DNA of 64,000 nt from Nitrospirae bacterium JdFR-85 (GCA_002011745.1 MTOU01000014.1:13369-77368), one strand, 5' to 3'; shown: positions 36,078 to 43,999, numbered from the stretch's first letter. The notes: generated from the letters alone by a model not told the origin. Numbers and translations are program-made.

Positions 36078-36823
36078 TTATTGCCTCCCATATTTAATCT
36101 TATAGATGCCTGGGAACGTAGTTCCTCTATCCATTCTTCAAGTATTATTTCCTGTTTTATTCTCCTCAGACGCTCCCTTATACGGTGTCTCTCTGCCTCT
36201 GAGACCTTCTGTGGTGTACCCAGGTTTTTGATGTCCTCCACAAATATCACAGTGTATTTTTTTCCTCTTCTTAATGGCTCTAATTTATGGCCTGTCTTAA
36301 GAGACAGTAGCCTTACCTGTATATCCTCTGAGAGTTCTCTGAAGAGTATCTCCTTGGGTTTCAGTTCATCAATCGTTACATTCTCTGCTTCAACCAGGGT
36401 GTTGAAGCTACCTATTCTTAAGAGGACTACAGAGTTCATTGCAGAAAGATAGTTATTTAATTCCTTCTCAGAGACCTGAACATTCAGGGAGGCAATTTTT
36501 CTATCAAGCAGTGTTTTTATAAGGGCCTGTTCATAGAATTCTCTTACAGAATCCTTAAATCTCTCTTCCTTGTCAATTCCTTGCCGTTTTGCCTCTTGTA
36601 TCAGGAGCTTCTTTGTTATGAGGGAATTTATAAAATCATAAGGAGAGTCATAGTCTACCTTTTGGGTCTCAAGGAGTCTGTTGAGTTCTTCTCTACTACA
36701 TCTCCATTCATTCACTATAAGGGCTATGTCTTCAGGAGGAGGTTCTTCTTTCTGAAACTCAATAACCAGATAAGAAGATGTGAAAAAGAAAAGGAGGAGG
36801 ATTATATAGAAGATATACTTCAT
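36074..36823 (-). CDS. SurA-N/PpiC-like periplasmic chaperone candidate
   Basis: Signal anchor, then a helical SurA_N-like region (FINSLITKKLLIQEAKRQGI...EFYEQALIKTLLDRKI). The parvulin-like part is degenerate. Confidence 0.45.
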   Translation of the reverse strand: MKYIFYIILLLFFFTSSYLVIEFQKEEPPPEDIALIVNEWRCSREELNRLLETQKVDYDSPYDFINSLITKKLLIQEAKRQGIDKEERFKDSVREFYEQALIKTLLDRKIASLNVQVSEKELNNYLSAMNSVVLLRIGSFNTLVEAENVTIDELKPKEILFRELSEDIQVRLLSLKTGHKLEPLRRGKKYTVIFVEDIKNLGTPQKVSEAERHRIRERLRRIKQEIILEEWIEELRSQASIRLNMGGNK

Positions 36824-36827
36824 ATTG

Positions 36828-38003
36828 TCAGTACTTCTCTAACACCACCTTCACATCCACACGATTAGGTGTTACATTTGTAGGCTCAAGCCTGAATCCC
36901 GGAAAGTCTCTATTGGCAAGTTCATCAGCAAGATTGCTGGCTTTGCCTCCATAGTCGATCATCAGCTCTGCAATACCAGAAGTGTAGCTCCTTTGATATA
37001 CTGCCCTCACTCCCTGTGTCTCCTTTTCAAGGAATCTTTTAATAGCTGACAGATGTCTATAGGACGTAAGTCCACTTATCATCAGGGTTATCTCTTGAGA
37101 CCTTCCATATACCTCTGAACGCCACTTGTTTATAATATCCTGCATCAGTTGGTCTGCCAGCTTCTCGCTCGCCTCTTTGATTGCAAGGGCTCCACCCTGC
37201 AGTTCATCAACATGGACCTTTGTTCCTGTTGCACTCCTTGCTGAAAGTATCTGTGCTGTATCAGTCCTTATAACTCTTGCCTGGACAGTAGCCTGTATGG
37301 ACTGCATCCTCGTGCCATAGAGTCTTCCTCCAGCATTCTTTGAGAAAGCTTTCCCCATAATCACCACCTGAGCGCCGTATTTCAGGCCTTCTGTAGCTGC
37401 TGCCTTTGCATCTCCTTCAAGCATTCTCAGGGCCTTATCCCTCGTTATATTTGCCCTTACAGTCTGGGGGTCAACCACATTAAAGCCTGCTGCAAGAAGT
37501 TTCTCTATGATTGTTGACTCTGCCTGTCCTACATTCTCCCAAGCAGTGGTCCCATATAGTCCTCCTACCTTCTCGTCTATCAGGACCATGACCTTGGGTT
37601 TTTCTTTTAACACCTGTAGTAGTCCCAGGGCTCGAAGGTCATTCATAAGATTTGCTCTACCTACCTCAGCTTGTACCCTCACCCTAAGAAGATTACCCTC
37701 CACTGTCTCTGAAAGAACCTTGTATCTCTCAATATAACCAGCGGTCTGTCCTATAATCCTGTCATGGATAACTTTGTAGTTTTCTGCAAAGGTCTCTGAG
37801 GATATAAGGGTGCCCACAGTCTCTTCAACAGCTTTCCTCAAGGCATCATCAATAGCCCTGTCTCTGGCAGCAGCAACATTGCCACCATATATAGCAGCAA
37901 CTCCCTCAGTAAGTACTATCTCCCCCCCAACTGCATCACAGGGAAGAAGGAGCAGTATTAACAGTACCGTCCAAATGGCTGACCTAATCATAGATACCCT
38001 CAT
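36828..38003 (-). CDS. FlgT-like periplasmic protein (FlgT_N-type N-terminal domain)
   Basis: After the signal peptide: EGVAAIYGGNVAAARDRAIDDALRKAVEETVGTLISSETFAENYKVIHDRI...YKVLSETVEGNLLRVRVQAEV. This recalls FlgT N-terminal / LPP20-related domains, followed by an alpha/beta middle domain. Confidence 0.45.
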   Translation of the reverse strand: MRVSMIRSAIWTVLLILLLLPCDAVGGEIVLTEGVAAIYGGNVAAARDRAIDDALRKAVEETVGTLISSETFAENYKVIHDRIIGQTAGYIERYKVLSETVEGNLLRVRVQAEVGRANLMNDLRALGLLQVLKEKPKVMVLIDEKVGGLYGTTAWENVGQAESTIIEKLLAAGFNVVDPQTVRANITRDKALRMLEGDAKAAATEGLKYGAQVVIMGKAFSKNAGGRLYGTRMQSIQATVQARVIRTDTAQILSARSATGTKVHVDELQGGALAIKEASEKLADQLMQDIINKWRSEVYGRSQEITLMISGLTSYRHLSAIKRFLEKETQGVRAVYQRSYTSGIAELMIDYGGKASNLADELANRDFPGFRLEPTNVTPNRVDVKVVLEKY

Positions 38004-38013
38004 AAGCACCCCA

Positions 38014-38445
38014 TTATCGGAATATTCTCCTGAAGTCATATCCCAAGGTTATCTCCATATCTACCTCAACAGAGCCATCTGAGAGGTATCTCTCGTCCAC
38101 TATTCTTGCACCTCTGATATAGGCCTCTACCCTTGAGCGGATGGTATCACTCTGAAGAACGAAGTCTCTGACAGTGGAGTTTGAGGTTATTGTAACTCCA
38201 TAGGCCTGTTCCAGCAGATTCCTCTGGGCATCGAGTATGGCTGCCCTTCTTGCCATCAGTCTTGCCTGTGCTGGGTTTATTGCTCTTGCAGGCGGTACAC
38301 CCGCACCTGTTGCCCTCAGGGTTATGGGTCTCCATTCATACCCAGGTGTAGCCTCCTTTGCTGGCACCACATAGCATCCTGAAAGAGAGATGCTCAAAAA
38401 GGTTATCATTAATAAATACAACAGATATTTTTTGTTAGATCTCAT
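38014..38445 (-). CDS. LPP20/FlgP-family lipoprotein
   Basis: Lipobox LSGC. ATGAGVPP...AQARLMARRAAILDAQRNLLEQAYGVTITSNSTVRDFVLQSDTIRSRVEAYIRGARIV. SD AGGAGG 7 nt before ATG 38445. Confidence 0.75.
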   Translation of the reverse strand: MRSNKKYLLYLLMITFLSISLSGCYVVPAKEATPGYEWRPITLRATGAGVPPARAINPAQARLMARRAAILDAQRNLLEQAYGVTITSNSTVRDFVLQSDTIRSRVEAYIRGARIVDERYLSDGSVEVDMEITLGYDFRRIFR

Positions 38446-38465
38446 GATAAAACCTCCTGAAAACA

Positions 38466-39233
38466 TTAATAACTTATCCCCAGAATTCTCTTAAGGGGTT
38501 CAAGCTCTATCTCAACTACTGTTTCATAGGTCCCATCAGGCAGTTTTGTCTCTGATACAACCTTTGCACCTTGGATAAAGGCATTTACCCTTGAGCGGAT
38601 CTCATCAGACTGGGTAACAAAGTCCCTTACATAGGTATTGCTCTTTATCTCTACTCCATAGACCTGTTCAGTAAGGTTTCTAAGGGCATCCATCTTTGCT
38701 GCCCTTTTTGCCATTAAGGCCTTCTCAGCAGGCGACATATAGGGATCGGCAGGCTCTACCCCATGTCCTGTGGCCCTTATTACCTGCCTTTCAGGAGGCT
38801 GATAGGTTGTGGAAGGAGTACTTTCTCCAGGTGGTGCTCCATAGCCTGTAGCCCGGAAAGTCTCATAGTTGTAGTAGAGTTTTCTTCCAAGTATGTCCTC
38901 TACCTCTCCAACCGTGATTTCCACAGTCACCTCTGCTGTTCCGTCAGGATGTTCAATATAGCTGACCTCCCTTGCTCCCTGTATCAGGGCATTCAGTCTT
39001 GATCTTATCACATCAGACTGTGTTACAAAGTCTCTCACTGTGGTCTGCGAGTCAATCCTTACTCCGTAGATCATTTCTGCAAGATTTCTCAAGGCATCAA
39101 CTCTTGCAGCCCTCTTTGCCATCAATCTCTTCTGTGCCTCTGTATAGGCATCAAGATTCTCAACAGAGATGACAAGGGCAAAGATCGCCAGTAACAGCAG
39201 AATATACATTCTCTTTCTTCTACCCAAATCCAT
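38466..39233 (-). CDS. secreted protein with two tandem LPP20/FlgP-like domains
   Basis: Two copies of the module (KRLMAKRAARVDALRNLAEMIYGVRIDSQTTVRDFVTQSDVIRSRLNALIQGAREV and KALMAKRAAKMDALRNLTEQVYGVEIKSNTYVRDFVTQSDEIRSRVNAFIQGAKVV). Confidence 0.75.
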   Translation of the reverse strand: MDLGRRKRMYILLLLAIFALVISVENLDAYTEAQKRLMAKRAARVDALRNLAEMIYGVRIDSQTTVRDFVTQSDVIRSRLNALIQGAREVSYIEHPDGTAEVTVEITVGEVEDILGRKLYYNYETFRATGYGAPPGESTPSTTYQPPERQVIRATGHGVEPADPYMSPAEKALMAKRAAKMDALRNLTEQVYGVEIKSNTYVRDFVTQSDEIRSRVNAFIQGAKVVSETKLPDGTYETVVEIELEPLKRILGISY

Positions 39234-39246
39234 GGTTTACCCTCCT

Positions 39247-39669
39247 TTAATTAAATTTTACATATCTGCTTATTATGTTCTGCCAGTGTTGTATGCTAAC
39301 CTCATAGGGTTTGTCTTCAACAGAGGCCCTGTTGTTTGAAAGACCTTTCTTCACAGCCACCACATCCTTTAAATCCACATCAATAGTAACCTCCACAGCC
39401 CCATCTGAAAGTGGTTTTACCTTTACGATCCTTGCACCTTTTATAAATCCTGCCAGGCCGGTGTAGAACTCAACGTCACCCATCTGGTCATTTTTAAGAT
39501 TCAGGGCATTTCTGTAAGCATCAAGGATGGCAGCCCTCTTTGCCATTAGATATGCCTGCGCAGGTGTTTCAGCCCTGATAGGTGGATAACCAATCCCTTT
39601 TACCATCACAGCCTCTGCCAAGGTTGCAAAAAGAAACAGACCCAGCAGAATAGGAAATCCCCTTTTCAT
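39247..39669 (-). CDS. divergent LPP20-like secreted protein
   Basis: Signal peptide ...ATLAEA|V. AQAYLMAKRAAILDAYRNAL...FIKGARIV retains the flanks of the LPP20 module, with a shortened centre. Confidence 0.6.
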   Translation of the reverse strand: MKRGFPILLGLFLFATLAEAVMVKGIGYPPIRAETPAQAYLMAKRAAILDAYRNALNLKNDQMGDVEFYTGLAGFIKGARIVKVKPLSDGAVEVTIDVDLKDVVAVKKGLSNNRASVEDKPYEVSIQHWQNIISRYVKFN

Positions 39670-39680
39670 AAAAAGACCTC

Positions 39681-39848
39681 CTACCTTGCAGGCCCCACTG
39701 CCCCTGTCGGTGGTGGCGGTGGTGGAGGAGGTTCAGGAGCTATTATAACCGCAGGTGGCGGTGGTGGCTCTGTTGTGTACACATAACAACCTGTTAATGT
39801 ACCCAAGGTAATAAGTCCAAGAATTATTAACATTAAAAGCCTCTTCAT
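39681..39848 (-). CDS. unannotated 55-aa proline-rich lipoprotein (below the ORF-track size cut-off)
   Basis: My translation: MKRLLMLIILGLITLGTLTGCYVYTTEPPPPPAVIIAPEPPPPPPPPTGAVGPAR*. Lipobox LTGC. SD AAGGAGGTC 5 nt before the ATG. It fills the gap between the CsgG-like and LPP20-like genes. Confidence 0.65.
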   Translation of the reverse strand: MKRLLMLIILGLITLGTLTGCYVYTTEPPPPPAVIIAPEPPPPPPPPTGAVGPAR

Positions 39849-39860
39849 AAAGACCTCCTT

Positions 39861-40871
39861 TTATTTGTATCTCAGAATGTCACCCCTTTTCAAAGGGCCG
39901 GTACCTGAAACCAAGTAGCCGATAGAGTACTTGTCTTTTACATCTCTTACCTCTACAGTGCCCACCAGTTTCTCCTCTGCACCAAGAACCAATCCTGTAT
40001 CAGGATCAATCAGTTCTTCTCCCTTAGAGTATGCAAAGAACCTGTCCCCGGGTTTTATATTCATAAGTGCGCCAGCATTTATATACACTTTCCTGCCACT
40101 CACTTTTATAACCTTAGCAGTGAAAGGGACATTCTCCATCTCTTTAATTATAAATCTTACGGCATCACGGATCGCCTGTCTTGTTGCCTGTCCAAGAGGA
40201 GTCTTCTGGAACCCTGAAGCCATAAAATCAATGTCTCCACTTATAATCCCTACACCTAAGCCTGTGGATTCAGCCTTTCCAACAGCACGATGTGCCTGAA
40301 CTACCTGCCCTGTGGTGGTGTCAATTAAACGGATATCTATGGCTACATGGGCTGAGGCAGTATTTATCCCTAACCTGAATCCTCCAATGCCTATTCCTCC
40401 TGCACCTCCTGATTTTCTCATATCAAACTCAGAGACCACCCCGCGTACAATTAGCTGGGCTCCGAGGACCTGTCCAACCTTGGCTGCTGTTTCCTTTCTG
40501 ACTAAACCTGTCTGCCCCAGCTCCTGCTCTTTAAGGATATCTTCCAGTGCCTGCCTTTCTACAACTACAAACCTTCCTGTTTTGACAAGCTCTGTGGTGA
40601 GCATCTCGGCAAAGGCCTCACCCAGATTCCAGCTTCCGTATTTCCCTTTGACCTTGCTCTCAAACTTTGTAACAGCAATTCTTTTCTTTGGACCATGATA
40701 GGGTGGGTATACAGGTTCAGGAGGAGGCGGTGGTGTCTTTTGCTGTTGAGTGGTTGGGGCAGTGCCTTCCTCTTCCTCCATTTCTCCTGAGAGGGGATCA
40801 AAGGCATAGAGGGTATGCACACTAAAGAGAACCAACAACAGGACAAGAAAAAGTTTCCATATCCTTTTCAT
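39861..40871 (-). CDS. CsgG/HfaB-family outer-membrane channel protein with an extra C-terminal beta-rich domain
   Basis: KKRIAVTKFESKVKGKYGSWNLGEAFAEMLTTELVKTGRFVVVERQALEDILKEQELGQTGLV...GAQLIVRGVVSEF matches the CsgG family core. Signal peptide without a Cys lipobox; Pro-rich linker (TPPPPPEPVYPPYHGP). Confidence 0.8.
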   Translation of the reverse strand: MKRIWKLFLVLLLVLFSVHTLYAFDPLSGEMEEEEGTAPTTQQQKTPPPPPEPVYPPYHGPKKRIAVTKFESKVKGKYGSWNLGEAFAEMLTTELVKTGRFVVVERQALEDILKEQELGQTGLVRKETAAKVGQVLGAQLIVRGVVSEFDMRKSGGAGGIGIGGFRLGINTASAHVAIDIRLIDTTTGQVVQAHRAVGKAESTGLGVGIISGDIDFMASGFQKTPLGQATRQAIRDAVRFIIKEMENVPFTAKVIKVSGRKVYINAGALMNIKPGDRFFAYSKGEELIDPDTGLVLGAEEKLVGTVEVRDVKDKYSIGYLVSGTGPLKRGDILRYK

Positions 40872-40900
40872 CACTTCTTCCACCTCCTAAAGATTTATTC

Positions 40901-41308
40901 TTATTGGCATCCCTTTTCAGGAAGGTAGATATAGCCTTCTGGACAAAGTCCCCCTTGGTACCAGTAGAGATAAAAGCCGGGTGTTCTAATACCCAGCCGT
41001 AAGTAATATTCTCTTTTTGTTGAAGGACAGTATTCGTATAGTCCCGTATGGGGGTTATAACATATAAAATGGCGATAATAGTAATAATATGTATGTTCTT
41101 CCTTTTCCTCTTTCTCTGCAGGAGCAGTATACTCCTCTGGTTGTTTTATCACAGGATAATCTCCCTCTTTTTTATTCTGCCCCCAGGGCATCTGACGCTG
41201 AAACTCCTCTGACAGGCTTTCTACATTGTTTAAGTTTTCGATTTCCCCTCCCTCTGTAAGACTACTTAAAAGAAATACTATAAACAGACATAAAAATATC
41301 CTTTTCAT
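40901..41308 (-). CDS. small secreted Tyr/Cys-rich protein, first gene of the operon
   Basis: Signal peptide MKRIFLCLFIVFLLSSL. The mature part has an acidic stretch, then HTYYYYYRHFICYNPHTGLYEYCPS...YLYWYQGGLCPEGYIYLPEKGC (4 Cys, many Tyr). Confidence 0.55.
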   Translation of the reverse strand: MKRIFLCLFIVFLLSSLTEGGEIENLNNVESLSEEFQRQMPWGQNKKEGDYPVIKQPEEYTAPAEKEEKEEHTYYYYYRHFICYNPHTGLYEYCPSTKREYYLRLGIRTPGFYLYWYQGGLCPEGYIYLPEKGCQ

Positions 41309-41314
41309 ATCACA

Positions 41315-41343
41315 ATTATACCACAACAAATTGTATTCATCAA
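41315..41343 (-). promoter_or_regulatory. near-consensus extended -10 promoter (TTGATG-17-TGGTATAAT) placing the TSS at the ATG of the first operon gene
   Basis: On the minus strand: TTGATG (41343-41338), 17-nt spacer, TATAAT (41320-41315) preceded by TGG. Only 6 nt separate the -10 from ATG 41308. Confidence 0.6.
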
Positions 41344-41377
41344 CTATAAAGGAAGCTTCTTAATTAGGTTTTCAGTA

Positions 41378-42424
41378 TCAAAAGGGGTGTTTCCTGTCCA
41401 GATAGGTTAACCCTTCTCCATCTATCTCATTGTTGCATCTGCTACATCTGCCTTCTCTGAGATTCATCTTTGTTATGGTGAAACCGAACCTCTCAATCAG
41501 TAGTGCTCCGCAGCGGGGACAGTAGGTGTTCTCCCCTCCCTCTCCAGGCACATTTCCCTCATAAACATACTTAAGTCCCTTCTTAAGCCCAATCTCTCTC
41601 GCCTTTCTCAGGATAGACACAGGGGTTCTGGGTCTGTCAGTCATTTTATAGGTAGGATAGAACTGGGTCACATGCCATGGTATTGAAGGGTCTACAGAAA
41701 GCAGAAAATCGGCAACCCAGTGAAAAAAATCTTCACTATCATTGTATCCAGGTATCACCAAAGTGGTAACTTCTACCCAGATTCCCTTCTCTTTCATTGT
41801 CTTGATTGTATTCAGTACAGGCGCCAGCTTTGCTCCTACAACCTTCTTATAAAAGTCATTATCGCCTTTCAGATCGATATTTATTCCATCCAGATAAGGG
41901 GCAATCACATCAATAGCCTCTCTGGTCATGTAACCATTGCTCACAAATACATTCTTTATACCCCTGTCATGTGCCAGTTTTGAGCAGTCATAGGCGAATT
42001 CAAAGAAAACAGTGGGTTCAGTATATGTATATGAGATACTTATAGAACCTGACAGTTTTGTCTCTCTCACCACCTCTTCAGGAGTCATATCTTCACCTGC
42101 CACCCCGGAGTAGAGCCTTGGATACTGAGATATCTCCCAGTTCTGGCAATGGAGACACCTGAAATTACATCCTACTGTGGCGATGGAGTAGGAACGGGAG
42201 CCTGGATAGAAGTGAAAGAAGGGTTTCTTCTCTATGGGGTCTATATGTCTTGCTATGATCTTCCCGTATACAAGAGTGTATAACTGACCCTCTCTGTTTT
42301 CCCGTACACCACAGATACCTCTTTTGCCTTCTGAGATGATACATCTGTGGGCACAGAGATGACATCTCACCTTCTGCTCAGGCATCTTCTCATAAAGCAT
42401 AGCCTCTTTGAGCCCTTTCTGCAT
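41378..42424 (-). CDS. AmmeMemoRadiSam-system radical SAM enzyme
   Basis: CGVRENREGQLYTLVYG...IDPIEKKPFFHFYPGS...VGCNFRCLHCQNWEISQ and a C-terminal CPRCG...CSRC zinc-ribbon-like tail. Confidence 0.8.
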   Translation of the reverse strand: MQKGLKEAMLYEKMPEQKVRCHLCAHRCIISEGKRGICGVRENREGQLYTLVYGKIIARHIDPIEKKPFFHFYPGSRSYSIATVGCNFRCLHCQNWEISQYPRLYSGVAGEDMTPEEVVRETKLSGSISISYTYTEPTVFFEFAYDCSKLAHDRGIKNVFVSNGYMTREAIDVIAPYLDGINIDLKGDNDFYKKVVGAKLAPVLNTIKTMKEKGIWVEVTTLVIPGYNDSEDFFHWVADFLLSVDPSIPWHVTQFYPTYKMTDRPRTPVSILRKAREIGLKKGLKYVYEGNVPGEGGENTYCPRCGALLIERFGFTITKMNLREGRCSRCNNEIDGEGLTYLDRKHPF

Positions 42425-42461
42425 GGTATAATTATATCATGCCTTGTCTTTTTTGGGCCTT

Positions 42462-43148
42462 TTAAGGCTGTGATCTTTCTCGAAGAACCCGGAGGGCGAG
42501 CTGGGCATCATTCCATGTAAGAATTTTGTGGGAGGGGTTTCTCAGCAGATAGGAAGGATGAAAAGTAGGTACTACGATTATATTATCGTACTTATAGGTT
42601 TTACCCCTTGCCCTTGTTATATTTTTTGTATCAGGCAGAAGCGCCCTTGTGGCAACATCCCCAAGGGTTATAATCACCTTTGGGGATATAATTTCTATCT
42701 GTCTTTTCAGAAAGCCTATACAACTCTGTATCTCATCCTCTCTTGGTTTACGATTCCCTGGAGGTCTACATTTCACCACATTGGCTATATAGACCCCTTC
42801 ACGGGACAGCCCCATCCTGTTAATAAGCCTTGTCAGAAGCTGTCCTGCCTTACCCACAAAGGGTCTGCCCTCCAGGTCTTCTTCCTCTCCAGGTGCCTCG
42901 CCTATGAACATCAGGGCTGCTTCAGGATTCCCTTCACCAAAAACAATATTTTTTCTGTTCTTAGAGAGTCTACATCTGCTACAGGGGCCTATTTCATTCA
43001 TCAGTTCTTTTAAGGCAACCTCTCTCATGATGCAGGCCTCAGATTTATATACCCTTTCTGGTATCTCCAGAGGAAGTCTCTCAAAGCCAAAGGCCTGTAG
43101 ATATAAAAGTACATTTCTTACATCCTCCAAAACCCTCCTTTTCATCAC
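42462..43148 (-). CDS. uracil-DNA glycosylase, family 4
   Basis: CSRCRL...VFGEGNPEAALMFIGEAPGEEED...GRPFVGKAGQLL...FHPSYLLR. Confidence 0.88.
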   Translation of the reverse strand: MMKRRVLEDVRNVLLYLQAFGFERLPLEIPERVYKSEACIMREVALKELMNEIGPCSRCRLSKNRKNIVFGEGNPEAALMFIGEAPGEEEDLEGRPFVGKAGQLLTRLINRMGLSREGVYIANVVKCRPPGNRKPREDEIQSCIGFLKRQIEIISPKVIITLGDVATRALLPDTKNITRARGKTYKYDNIIVVPTFHPSYLLRNPSHKILTWNDAQLALRVLRERSQP

Positions 43149-43999
43149 CTGCCCCAGCTGAGTTTCTCTCTGAGTATTTGATAATAGTCTCTTTCACAAG
43201 GCACAAGGAGTTTTGTCTTATGAGGGGATTTCTTTACCTGGACAATATCGCCCTTTCTCAGAGACATCCCCACTTGTCCATCCAGTGTCAGGAATACATC
43301 TTCACTCTCAGATATAAGAGATACTTCCACCATGCTCTCACCAGGGATGACCAGAGGACGATTGGTTAAGGTATGGGGGCATATGGGTGTCATAATGATA
43401 CAGTCAAGAGAGGGGTGCAGAATAGGGCCTCCTGCTGACAGGTTATAGGCAGTGGAGCCTGTAGGGGTTGAAAGAATGAGGCCATCTGCCTTGTAAGTGG
43501 TCACATAGTTGTGGTCAATATATGTCTCAAGGTCTATTATCCTTGCCAGTGCTCCTTTTGTTATGACCACATCATTAAGGATCGTGTGTTCGGCAATCCT
43601 GTCCCCATGACGAAGCACCTCAGAGTGTAGCATCATCCTCTCTTCAATAGAACACTCTCCTTTGAGCATCTTTTCAAGGGCTGAATAAACCTCGGAGACA
43701 TTGACCTCTGTTATAAAACCCAGACCACCGAGATTGATCCCCAAAATAGGGACATTCCTTGGTGCCACTACCCTGGCAGCAGAGAGCATGGTTCCATCAC
43801 CACCAAGCACTACAAGAACATCCACCTCCTTTGCAAGGGTTGCACGCTGGACCCCCTCAAGCCCTATTTCTTCAGCAGTCTGCTGCTCAAGTACTATTTC
43901 ATAGCCCCTGTCATTAAACCATGGAAGAAGGTCTTTTATTAGTTTCAAGGCCTCTGGCTTGCCAGGTTTGGATATTATTCCTATCTTTCTGATCTCCAT
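43145..43999 (-). CDS. nadK: NAD kinase
   Basis: GGDGTML, NLGGLGFIT and TPTGSTAYNLSAGGPI motifs. Confidence 0.92.
   Translation of the reverse strand: MEIRKIGIISKPGKPEALKLIKDLLPWFNDRGYEIVLEQQTAEEIGLEGVQRATLAKEVDVLVVLGGDGTMLSAARVVAPRNVPILGINLGGLGFITEVNVSEVYSALEKMLKGECSIEERMMLHSEVLRHGDRIAEHTILNDVVITKGALARIIDLETYIDHNYVTTYKADGLILSTPTGSTAYNLSAGGPILHPSLDCIIMTPICPHTLTNRPLVIPGESMVEVSLISESEDVFLTLDGQVGMSLRKGDIVQVKKSPHKTKLLVPCERDYYQILREKLSWGR

Noticed and set aside
39690-39775. A G-rich GGTGGTGGCGGTGGTGG-type repeat that might be a simple-sequence contingency locus.
   Set aside because: It is the antisense of mixed CCA/CCG/CCT proline codons in the 55-aa lipoprotein ORF. The repeat is imperfect at the DNA level, so slippage-based phase variation is unlikely.
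34962-41343. Reading the cluster as a curli (csg) operon or as a flagellar flgOPT locus.
   Set aside because: There are no CsgA/B-like Gln/Asn-rich repeat subunits, no CsgE/F, and no flagellar structural genes within 64 kb. It is kept as a distinct, uncharacterised combination, pending whole-genome context.
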